A stretch of 57,596 bases of DNA from Acidimicrobiia bacterium. Its GTDB lineage: Bacteria; Actinomycetota; Acidimicrobiia; Spongiisociales; ZC4RG35. Each line of letters starts with the position of its first letter. The stretch's first letter is position 1. The notes under the pieces are model-generated. The model was not told the origin of the DNA, searched no databases, and saw only the letters and a list, made by a program, of their open reading frames with translations. The stretch is from NCBI GenBank assembly GCA_041599115.1, contig JBFHXF010000001.1, positions 1-57,596 of the forward strand, written 5' to 3'. Made by a program: the position numbers and the translations under genes. Below are positions 28,189 to 35,261 of the stretch, one piece after another.

Positions 28189-28970
28189 ATCGGTTCGGCG
28201 AATGCCGGGCAGATCTCCTGGTAGGAGCACCAGTCGCACAGCCGACCGGGACGGGTGGGAAATCGGTCCGATGCCAGGGCTCGCTCGATGGCCGTCCACA
28301 AGGCTTGGAGTTGGCTGTGCATTGCGTCGAGTTGCCGGTCGTCGATCGCGAGGCGGTACATCGTCGGACCGTTCAGGTAGAGCAGCCGGATTTCCTTTGG
28401 CGTCTCGCCGGTCCTCTCTCTGATGAGCAGGGCGTAGATCTTCAATGCGAAGAAGGCGGGCAGGGCGTAGCTCTCCGGAGGGGCTTTCCCGGTCTTGTAG
28501 TCGGTGATGATGAGTGCGCCATCGTCGGCGCGATCCATCCGGTCGAGGATTCCCCTGATGGTGAGTCCGTCGAGCTCCTGGGTCATATCCAGCTCGCGAT
28601 CGACCGGCTCGATCAGTTGAGGGTCTTCGACAGTGAAGTAATTGGCCAGAAGCTGCATGGAGTCGACACCCCAAACACGCTCTTCCTCGAGATCATCGAA
28701 CAGGTGCTCGTACTCGTCACTGCTACGCAATTCGGTCCATGCGGCCCGGAACAGGTCATAGAGATTCTCAGGCGATCGCTCCTGGGCCGGCATGTCGAAG
28801 AGGCGCTGCAAGGCCAGGTGGGCAGTGGTACCACGGGCTTGATAGATCGATGCCGGCTCGGGGATCTTGTCGATGGCACGGAACTTGAACAATTGGGGGC
28901 ACGTCTTGAAGTCCCCGGCGCGACTTGGCGAAAGGGTCTGCAGAGTCGGGTTTTCCAGTTCCATCGTCAT
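28185..28970 (-). CDS. RecB-family PD-(D/E)XK exonuclease (Cas4/AddB-like, four-Cys)
   Basis: 261 aa. GILDRMDRADDGALIITDYKTGK nuclease core. Cys at FKTCPQLF plus CDWCSYQEIC at the C-terminus. Confidence 0.85.
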
Positions 28971-29022
28971 TCACACGATCTTAGGAACCGGGTCTGACAG
29001 ATTCCGGCCAACCGAGAACCTC

Positions 29023-29052
29023 CGCGAAAACTCTTGCTAGCGCGCGAAAAAC
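29023..29052 (+). repeat. direct repeat pair CGCGAAAAC / CGCGAAAAAC (20-nt register)
   Basis: Copies at 29023-29031 and 29043-29052. In the divergent promoter zone, upstream of the putative -35 at 29069. Confidence 0.5.
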
Positions 29053-29068
29053 TTCGAGAGGGATCGCC

Positions 29069-29097
29069 TTGACGACCCCGGCGATGGGCCGTACCTT
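29069..29097 (+). promoter_or_regulatory. putative sigma-A type promoter TTGACG-17 nt-TACCTT
   Basis: -35 TTGACG at 29069-29074 and -10 TACCTT (TANNNT) at 29092-29097. Predicts a TSS near 29104. Sequence-only inference. Confidence 0.35.
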
Positions 29098-29175
29098 CGT
29101 TAGCACTGATCAGGGGGAGACCTCAGATCAGGGAAAGAGGGACTTCGGTTCCTCTGGATCGTCGCCCGGCTGGGG

Positions 29176-29254
29176 GCCCGCTTTCCGGCTGGGTGGCAAT
29201 GAGAGCCCCGAGAGGGCTGAGGCTTCGGCCGAAGCTCGCTCGGGGTTTCTCGTG
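29176..29254 (+). repeat. hairpin module copy A (core hairpin 29201-29251)
   Basis: GAGAGCCCCGAG-AGGGCU-GA-GGC(UUCG)GCC-GA-AGCUC-G-CUCGGGGUUUCUC: about 20 bp in three stacked helices with a tandem G.A internal loop. Confidence 0.6.
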
Positions 29255-29266
29255 TCCCGGACCGGG

Positions 29267-29298
29267 TCGCGAAAACAGGAATCCAGGTCGCGAAAAAC
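29267..29298 (+). repeat. direct repeat pair GGTCGCGAAAAC / GGTCGCGAAAAAC (21-nt register)
   Basis: Copies at 29265-29276 and 29286-29298. Same CGCGAAAA core as the pair at 29023-29052. Confidence 0.5.
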
Positions 29299-29665
29299 AA
29301 TCAAGCTTCTGGCTTGCCAGTCGCACGGCAATGGTCTACTTTCGTTTTCACGCCAAAGGGGAAACTTGGAGGCGTACCCGACCAGCAGGTACGGAGCGGC
29401 GAAAGCCGAGCCGGGAAGAATTCCCGCAGGAAGGGTGTCGGAGCACCGGGAAACTGGGGCTTCGGCAGGCCGGAAGTCCGGACGGGGATCCTTCGGGATC
29501 GTCGAGCGGGTTTCCACGGCCAGCGGGTCTCACGACTCGCAACATCTTCTCGGAGACGAGAAGAGCGGCCCGACAGGCGGCATCTGCCGAAAGGCAGGAG
29601 CAAACCATCGGATCGCACGCCCGAGGCTTCGGCCAACGGCATTCCCGACCGGAGTTGGGTCCCCG

Positions 29666-29739
29666 GCCCGATTCCAACTGGGACGAGAACCCCGAGAGGG
29701 TTGAGGCTTCGGCCAAGGCTCCCTCGGGGTCTTCTCGCG
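29666..29739 (+). repeat. hairpin module copy B (core hairpin 29685-29736)
   Basis: Direct-orientation copy of module A about 485 nt downstream. Six substitutions plus one 1-nt indel across the ~54-nt core, and none breaks a base pair. Confidence 0.6.
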
Positions 29740-29752
29740 TTTGAACGACCCA

Positions 29753-29795
29753 GCGTGTGCAGGGGGAAGCGTGTGACCCGCTCTACTGCACACGC
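29753..29795 (+). terminator. perfect 10-bp stem hairpin (GCGTGTGCAG-N23-CTGCACACGC), possible terminator/attenuator without U-tract
   Basis: Read directly. Ends 22 nt before the ATG at 29818. No T-run follows, so intrinsic-terminator status is uncertain. Confidence 0.35.
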
Positions 29796-29817
29796 AACAG
29801 CCTGTAGCCTGGGTGAC

Positions 29818-30423
29818 ATGTCCTACCCACGCAAGCTTCTCAGCAGTGGCGAGACCATAGGCGCCGAGTTCCGGCCCCACTGGTCGTCCATCCTCAGGGA
29901 ACTTCTCCTGCTGATTTTGACCCTGGTCTTCGTCATCCTCGGTGCCATCAACGGCTTTTCCGGATGGGTGCTGGCTGCGATCTCGGTGGCGGCGGTGGCC
30001 CTGGTGGCAAAGGGGTTGATCCGCTGGTACACCACGATCCACGTGATCACCAACGAGCGGGTCATCTATCGCTCCGGTCTGATTTCGAAGCGGGGGAAGG
30101 AGATCCCGCTCGAGGTGGTCAACGATGTGGCTTTCAGCCAATCGGTTTTCGAACGTATCTTCGGAACGGGCGATCTGCTCATCGAATCTGCCGGGGAACA
30201 GGGTCAATCCAGGTACACCGACATACCCAACCCGGAAGGTGTCCAGTCGCTCATCTACTCGGCCCGTGAGACCCGCACCCTGCAGTTGAGGGGAGTCGGC
30301 ACCGCGACGTCGGGGGAGTCGACCGCCTCGCAGTTGGCAACTCTGTCCAGACTGCTCGACGAGGGAAAGCTCACCGTTGAAGAGTTCGCCCGCGAAAAGA
30401 GCAAGCTTCTCGGAGGTTTGTGA
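29818..30423 (+). CDS. membrane protein with bPH_2 (YdbS/DUF304-like) domain and C-terminal SHOCT domain
   Basis: 201 aa from ATG 29818. Two TMs, then ITNERVIYRSGLISKRGKEIPLEVVNDVAFSQSVFERIFGTGDLLIES (bacterial PH). Tail LATLSRLLDEGKLTVEEFAREKSKLLG (SHOCT). Confidence 0.75.
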   Translation: MSYPRKLLSSGETIGAEFRPHWSSILRELLLLILTLVFVILGAINGFSGWVLAAISVAAVALVAKGLIRWYTTIHVITNERVIYRSGLISKRGKEIPLEVVNDVAFSQSVFERIFGTGDLLIESAGEQGQSRYTDIPNPEGVQSLIYSARETRTLQLRGVGTATSGESTASQLATLSRLLDEGKLTVEEFAREKSKLLGGL

Positions 30424-32036
30424 TGCCCCACATGCAGGACGATTTCCCCCTCAACCTGTCAACCCTCTACGACAGGGCTATCTGGCTGTTTCCCGACCAG
30501 GAGATTGTCTCGGTGGAAGCCGACCGGACGCTGACCAGGACGACCTACGCGGAGACGGACGACCGTGTCAGGCGTTTGGCTTCGGCGCTCAAGGGTCTGG
30601 GGCTTGGGAAGGGTGATGTCCTCGGGACGTTTGCCTGGAACAACCGCCGACACCACGAGCTCTACTGGGCAACGGCCAACACCGGAATCGTCTGTCACAC
30701 CTTGAACATCCGCCTCTTTGCGGACCAACTCACCTACATCGTGAATCACGGCGGCGACCGGGTGGTGTTCGTCGATCCCGACCTTGTCCCTTTGCTCGCT
30801 CCAATGGTCGATGCCATGCCAAAGGTGGAGCGTGTCGTCGTGATGGGCGACACCGCCGATCCGCGAATCCCAGGCTCCATCGCCTACGAGGACTTGCTGT
30901 CCGACGCCGCGGCGCACGGCAAGTGGGAGCTACTCGATGAGCGGTCACCCCTGATGTTCTGCTACACGTCGGGAACAACGGGAGATCCCAAGGGGGTGGC
31001 ATACACCCAGCGGTCCACCTACATCCACACCATTTCGAATCTGGCCAACATCCCGATCTCCGCTGCCGACAACGTCCTCCCGGTGGTGCCGATGTTTCAC
31101 GCCGCCGCCTGGGGCTATCCATACATGGCCGTGACCCAGGGAGCCAAGTTGACCTATCCCGGCCCCGATCTCACTCCCCAGGGTCTGGTCCGGTTGCTCG
31201 AAACCGAGAAGGTCACCTTCAGTGCCGGCGTTCCGACCGTCTGGCTGGGGATCAAGCTCTATCTGGAGGACCACCCCGAAGCCGACATTTCCTCCATCAG
31301 GGCGTTCCTCTGCGGTGGCGCCGCCGTGCCCCGGGCGTTGATCGAGTGGTATTGGACGGCGAGGGGTATCCGGGTGGTTCAGGGCTGGGGGATGACCGAG
31401 ACCAACCCGGTCGCCGCGACCTCGGTTCTGAAGCCCGCGATGGAGGACTGGGATCTAGGGCGCCAGCTCGATTTCCTGGAGACCGCAGGTCTGGTGGTCC
31501 CAGGCCTCGAGGTGAAGATCGTCGATGAGCGGGGGGACACACTGCCGCATGATGGGGTGGCCTTCGGCGAATTGCTGATAAGGGGTCCTTTCATCGCCGC
31601 CGAGTACTACAAGGACTCTCGCTCACCGCAATCGTTCGATGATGGCTGGCTCCGTACCGGGGACGTCTGCTCGATCACTCCCCAGGGATACATAAAGATC
31701 ACCGACCGGGCCAAGGACGTCATCAAGTCCGGTGGCGAGTGGATCAGCTCACTCGACCTAGAGGGGGTCATCATGGCCCACCCGGATGTGGTCGAGGCCA
31801 CGGTCGTCGGGCTCAAGCACCTCAAATGGCAGGAGCGCCCGGTCGCTTTCGTGGTGGTGCGCGAGGGCGCCTCGGTCAGCGAACAAGAGATTCTCGACCA
31901 CCTCGAGCCCAAAGTAGCGAAATGGTGGCTCCCCGATCGCGTCGTCTTCATCGACGAAATCCCCAAGACCGGAACGGGCAAGTTCGACAAGAAGGTCGTG
32001 CGAAACCAGTACTCCGATCTCTTGATGGACGCCTAG
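30420..32036 (+). CDS. fadD: long-chain fatty-acid--CoA ligase (AMP-dependent synthetase)
   Basis: 538 aa. AMP-binding motif YTSGTTGDPKGV, GWGMTET, TGDV...GY..I.DR.KD. Start overlaps the upstream stop (GTGATG). Confidence 0.9.
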   Translation: MMPHMQDDFPLNLSTLYDRAIWLFPDQEIVSVEADRTLTRTTYAETDDRVRRLASALKGLGLGKGDVLGTFAWNNRRHHELYWATANTGIVCHTLNIRLFADQLTYIVNHGGDRVVFVDPDLVPLLAPMVDAMPKVERVVVMGDTADPRIPGSIAYEDLLSDAAAHGKWELLDERSPLMFCYTSGTTGDPKGVAYTQRSTYIHTISNLANIPISAADNVLPVVPMFHAAAWGYPYMAVTQGAKLTYPGPDLTPQGLVRLLETEKVTFSAGVPTVWLGIKLYLEDHPEADISSIRAFLCGGAAVPRALIEWYWTARGIRVVQGWGMTETNPVAATSVLKPAMEDWDLGRQLDFLETAGLVVPGLEVKIVDERGDTLPHDGVAFGELLIRGPFIAAEYYKDSRSPQSFDDGWLRTGDVCSITPQGYIKITDRAKDVIKSGGEWISSLDLEGVIMAHPDVVEATVVGLKHLKWQERPVAFVVVREGASVSEQEILDHLEPKVAKWWLPDRVVFIDEIPKTGTGKFDKKVVRNQYSDLLMDA

Positions 32037-33022
32037 CTCGTCGCGGGTGGCAGACCGAGCCAGGCCATCATCTGAGAATCGCTGAGGTTGGCGCCGGTGA
32101 GAATGGTGGCGACGCTCGTTCCGGCAAAGCGCATCGGATCGGCCATCAGGGCAGCGATTCCCGCAGCACCGGACGGCTCGACGATCAGGTTCGCCGCTCG
32201 GTGGAGCATCTGCATGGCCTCGATGAGGCCCCGATCTTCGACCAGCACAACATCGTCGACTATGCCTTTCATGTCGGCTACGGCCAGGGGTACCGGGATC
32301 CTCACTGCGATGCCCTCGGCGATGGTGTCGACCCTCTCACCCTCGATCACCTTGCCGCTGCGCCACGACCGTTCCATGGCGTCGGCACCGGCGGCCGAGA
32401 CGCCGACGATCTCCGTGTCTGGAGTGGTGGCCTTGAGCCATCTGGCCACACCGTTGATCAGCGCTCCATTGCCGAGGGGGATCAGAACGGCGTCGAACGC
32501 TTCTCCCGATTGAGTGAGCTCGACCCCGATCGACCCGGCTCCCTCGCTGATCTCCGGCTCGAATCCGTCTTCGATCATCCAAGCTCCGCTGTCGGCGGAG
32601 AAGCGCTTCGCCCGTTCCTTGGCGTAATCGAAGTCCACACCCTCAAGACGTACCATGGCACCGAAGTCACGAATACGGTTGATTTTGACCGGGTTCGCAG
32701 CTTCATCCGCATATACGATCAGCGGCCTGTCGTGTTTGGCGCATGCGTATGCCATGGCCTGCCCGAAGTTCCCGGTGCTGGCGCACACCATCGGTCGGCT
32801 GTCTCCCCGAGCCATCACCCGGGACACGAAGAAGTCGGCGCCGCGACCTTTGAAGCTCCGAATGGGGTTGTCGGTCTCGACCTTCAGGCCGAGATGGCAC
32901 CCGAGGGTCTCGTCGAGAGAGATGTTCTCGATGAGGGGAGTATTGAGGAAGAGCGGGTCGATTGTTTCGGCAGCTTCCGCTATGGAAGGGAGGGAAAGCC
33001 GGTGCTCGGGGGATACGACCAC
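32033..33022 (-). CDS. PLP-dependent threonine/serine dehydratase family enzyme
   Basis: PLP-Lys motif NPIRSFKGRGA and GNFGQAMAYA. No ACT domain. GTG 33022 chosen because the longer ORF overlaps the upstream HAD gene. Start is uncertain. Confidence 0.75.
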   Translation of the reverse strand: MVVSPEHRLSLPSIAEAAETIDPLFLNTPLIENISLDETLGCHLGLKVETDNPIRSFKGRGADFFVSRVMARGDSRPMVCASTGNFGQAMAYACAKHDRPLIVYADEAANPVKINRIRDFGAMVRLEGVDFDYAKERAKRFSADSGAWMIEDGFEPEISEGAGSIGVELTQSGEAFDAVLIPLGNGALINGVARWLKATTPDTEIVGVSAAGADAMERSWRSGKVIEGERVDTIAEGIAVRIPVPLAVADMKGIVDDVVLVEDRGLIEAMQMLHRAANLIVEPSGAAGIAALMADPMRFAGTSVATILTGANLSDSQMMAWLGLPPATS

Positions 33023-33033
33023 AATCGCGCAGA

Positions 33034-33756
33034 CTATTCGTGGGCGGTTTCTACGGCGTCGGCCATCTCCGCCAAAGAGAGAAAGGTGTAATCCGGACTT
33101 GGGATGTCCTTCACCTCGAGGGTGGCTCCCCAATCTCCCCCGACCGACAGGCCTTGACGGTCGATCCAGGCGGTGGCCAGACCGATCGCACTGGCGGGAA
33201 CATGATCATGAAAGAGGCTCTGTGCAGTATGGAGTATCTGGTGCGGCTCCACGCCGAGATCCTCTCGGAGACGGCTTATCAAGAAGCGGAAGTTGGCCGG
33301 ATTCGGTTTATAGGAGCCAATGTCCTCGGCGGTGTAGACGGCGTCGAAATCCACTGCGAGAAGCCGATTGGAGAGGGCGAAACTGGCGCGATCCACATTG
33401 GAAAGGATGACCAGTGAAAAGAACGACTTCAATCTGATCAGAGCGCCGGCGCTGTCCGCGAATGCCGGCCACCTGCCGACCGAGGATCCGAACCTCAAGT
33501 CCATGTCGGTGCTCGTGGTCAACGAGAAGCGCTCCGCAATCAGATGATGGGCTTGTTGCAGAACCTCCGGGTAGGCCACGCCGGGTAACTCCGCTTCGGT
33601 CATCGTCTCGATCTCCGCGTACGCCTGGAGCACCTCGGGTCGGGAAGGCGGATCGTTGCCCGTGACGAGAAGAGGTTGCAGGGCGTGCCACAAGCCCGTT
33701 TCCCAATCGATCAGGGTTCCGTAGCAGTCGAATGTCAGGGCCCGGAACTCGGTCAA
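33034..33756 (-). CDS. haloacid dehalogenase type II / HAD-superfamily hydrolase
   Basis: Motif I LTFDCYGTLIDW, later ILSNVD and SYKPNP. TTG 33756 has a GGAG 11 nt upstream. The longer ORF overlaps the upstream small gene. Confidence 0.75.
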   Translation of the reverse strand: MTEFRALTFDCYGTLIDWETGLWHALQPLLVTGNDPPSRPEVLQAYAEIETMTEAELPGVAYPEVLQQAHHLIAERFSLTTSTDMDLRFGSSVGRWPAFADSAGALIRLKSFFSLVILSNVDRASFALSNRLLAVDFDAVYTAEDIGSYKPNPANFRFLISRLREDLGVEPHQILHTAQSLFHDHVPASAIGLATAWIDRQGLSVGGDWGATLEVKDIPSPDYTFLSLAEMADAVETAHE

Positions 33757-33773
33757 GTCCCGCTTAGCTCCGC

Positions 33774-34034
33774 TCAGACTTCGACCAGCTGTCCCGAGGT
33801 GAGGTCGAGAACGAACTCCTTGTTGCTCTTGGAGTCGGCGATGAACTGCGCCAGGCGAGCGCCGGTCTTTCGCACGATCCACCATGCATAATCTTCGGAC
33901 CCAGAGTCCATGAAGATCCGCCGTGCCTCACGGGCCGCTTCGACAGCCGTTGTCTCATCGGCAAAGGTGCCCAGTAGGTTCTGTATCGGTTCAGGTTCGA
34001 ACCTCGATTCTATGAACTCGACCGCCTCGAACAT
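33774..34034 (-). CDS. small acidic hypothetical protein (86 aa)
   Basis: Strong GAAGGAGG RBS 7 nt upstream of ATG 34034. Globular-looking composition. I recognise no family. Confidence 0.6.
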   Translation of the reverse strand: MFEAVEFIESRFEPEPIQNLLGTFADETTAVEAAREARRIFMDSGSEDYAWWIVRKTGARLAQFIADSKSNKEFVLDLTSGQLVEV

Positions 34035-34103
34035 AGGGTTGCCTCCTTCGTCTCATTGTAGGGACGTCACGGCCCCGGCGGGTAGTTCCCTAAGCTCGTT
34101 CGC

Positions 34104-34463
34104 GTGAGTTCATTACATTCGACCTGGGGATACGTCGCCGTCGTCGTCAACGGTCTGGTGGGGCTTTGGGGCGTCGTGATGGCCAAGAGGGATGAGCCAC
34201 CACGCATCTTCCTCTGGGCGGTCGGTGGTGCCGTTGTGGCCCTGCTGATTCAAGTCACTTTGGGGGTGATCCTGGCGAATACCGGAATCAATCCCGGCAA
34301 CCAGCACGTCTTCTACGGTGTCGTGATCGTCATCACCCTGCTTTTCGCCTATATCTATCGGGCACAATTCCGCAAGCGTCCCACCCTCTATTACGGGCTT
34401 CTCATGTTGTTCACCATGGGGTTGGGCATCCGGGGCATCATGACATTTGGCGGAAACTTCTAG
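34104..34463 (+). CDS. small membrane protein (4 TM), hypothetical
   Basis: 119 aa, GTG start. Four clear hydrophobic segments. Confidence 0.55.
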   Translation: MSSLHSTWGYVAVVVNGLVGLWGVVMAKRDEPPRIFLWAVGGAVVALLIQVTLGVILANTGINPGNQHVFYGVVIVITLLFAYIYRAQFRKRPTLYYGLLMLFTMGLGIRGIMTFGGNF

Positions 34464-34473
34464 GAGGACCGAA

Positions 34474-35259
34474 ATGCTTCTCGAGGGAAAGAGACTCCTC
34501 ATTACAGGCGTGCTCACCGACGATTCGATCGCCTGGCATGTTGCCCGGGTCGCCCAGGAAGAAGGTGCCGAGATAGTCGCCACCGGATTCGGCCGGGGTA
34601 TGCGGCTCACCGAAAGATCGATCCAACGTCTACCCCAACCCTGTGACGTCCTCGAACTCGACATCAACAACTCCGACCAGGTCGCCTCTGTTGTGTCAGC
34701 CCTGGATGAGAGATGGGGTGGTATCGACGGAGCACTGCATGCCATAGCGTTTGCCCCCGAAGACGCCCTGGGTGGCAACTTCCTCAACACACCCGTGGAA
34801 TCGGCGCAGACCGCCTTCGTCACCTCTGCGTTTTCCTACAAGACGCTGGCGGTAGCCCTCCTCCCGCTGATGGAAAAGGCCGGCGGAGGCGCTCTCGTGA
34901 CACTGGATTTCGACAACACCCACGCCTGGCCGGCCTATGACTGGATGGGTGTGGCCAAATCGGCACTGGAGAGCGTCACCCGATACCTGGCCCGTGATCT
35001 GGGCAGCCACGGCGTGCGGGTCAACGCAGTGTCGGCCGGGCCGCTCGGCACGGTTGCGGCCAAGTCGATCCCCGGCTTCGCGGCATTCGACAAGGTCTGG
35101 TCGGCACGGTCTCCGCTTCGGTGGGACACCTCAAATCCGGACCCGGTGGCGCGAATGGTCTGTGTGCTCCTGAGTGACTGGGCTTCGATGACTTCTGGTG
35201 AGATCGTCCACGTGGACGGTGGGTTTCACGCGATTGCGGCGGGCTCCGACGAAGGCTGA
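34474..35259 (+). CDS. inhA: NADH-dependent enoyl-ACP reductase (InhA/FabI)
   Basis: MLLEGKRLLITGVLTDDSIAWHVARVAQEEGAEIV...WMGVAKSALESVTRYLARDLG...LLSDW align along the whole length with mycobacterial InhA as I recall it. AGGAGGA RBS. Confidence 0.9.
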   Translation: MLLEGKRLLITGVLTDDSIAWHVARVAQEEGAEIVATGFGRGMRLTERSIQRLPQPCDVLELDINNSDQVASVVSALDERWGGIDGALHAIAFAPEDALGGNFLNTPVESAQTAFVTSAFSYKTLAVALLPLMEKAGGGALVTLDFDNTHAWPAYDWMGVAKSALESVTRYLARDLGSHGVRVNAVSAGPLGTVAAKSIPGFAAFDKVWSARSPLRWDTSNPDPVARMVCVLLSDWASMTSGEIVHVDGGFHAIAAGSDEG

Positions 35260-35261
35260 GA

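Larger units (their letters stand above)
29104..29796 (+). ncRNA. candidate large structured non-coding RNA or giant 5' leader (unclassified)
   Basis: No credible CDS in 28971-29817. Six C(UUCG)G loops, three GAAA-capped stems and at least 15 perfect short stems, all correct only on the + strand. Duplicated hairpin module. Promoter-like element upstream and a 10-bp hairpin at the 3' end. Confidence 0.45.

Noticed and set aside
29101-29135. CUGAUCA / ACCUCAGAUCAGGGAAAG, reminiscent of hammerhead (CUGAnGA) or TPP-riboswitch (CUGAGA..ACCUGAUC) cores
   Set aside because: The motifs do not match the invariant nucleotides (CUGAUCA is not CUGAUGA). The partner elements (GAAA plus cleavage-site helix for hammerhead; pyrimidine-sensor helix for TPP) are not in place.
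29430-29485. RNase P RNA-like fragments (GGAAGUCCGGAC at 29472-29483; AAGGGUG..GAGCACC at 29430-29447)
   Set aside because: These resemble the P4 GAGGAAAGUCCGG and J11/12 AAGGGUG..GAGC.CACC elements. However, they occur in the wrong order and one A is missing. The ACAGAACCCGGCUUA-type 3' element and the other conserved regions are absent.
29069-29819. Long ORFs across the structured gap (29069-29704 +, 29193-29744 +, the 29314-29817 part of the 369-aa ORF, 29301-29819 -, 29530-30207 -)
   Set aside because: Several frames on both strands are open at once, as expected for high-GC non-coding DNA. The translations are R/G/S/P-rich low-complexity sequences with no recognisable domain. The same DNA forms dense tetraloop hairpins. 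Only the last 201 codons (from ATG 29818) look like a real protein.
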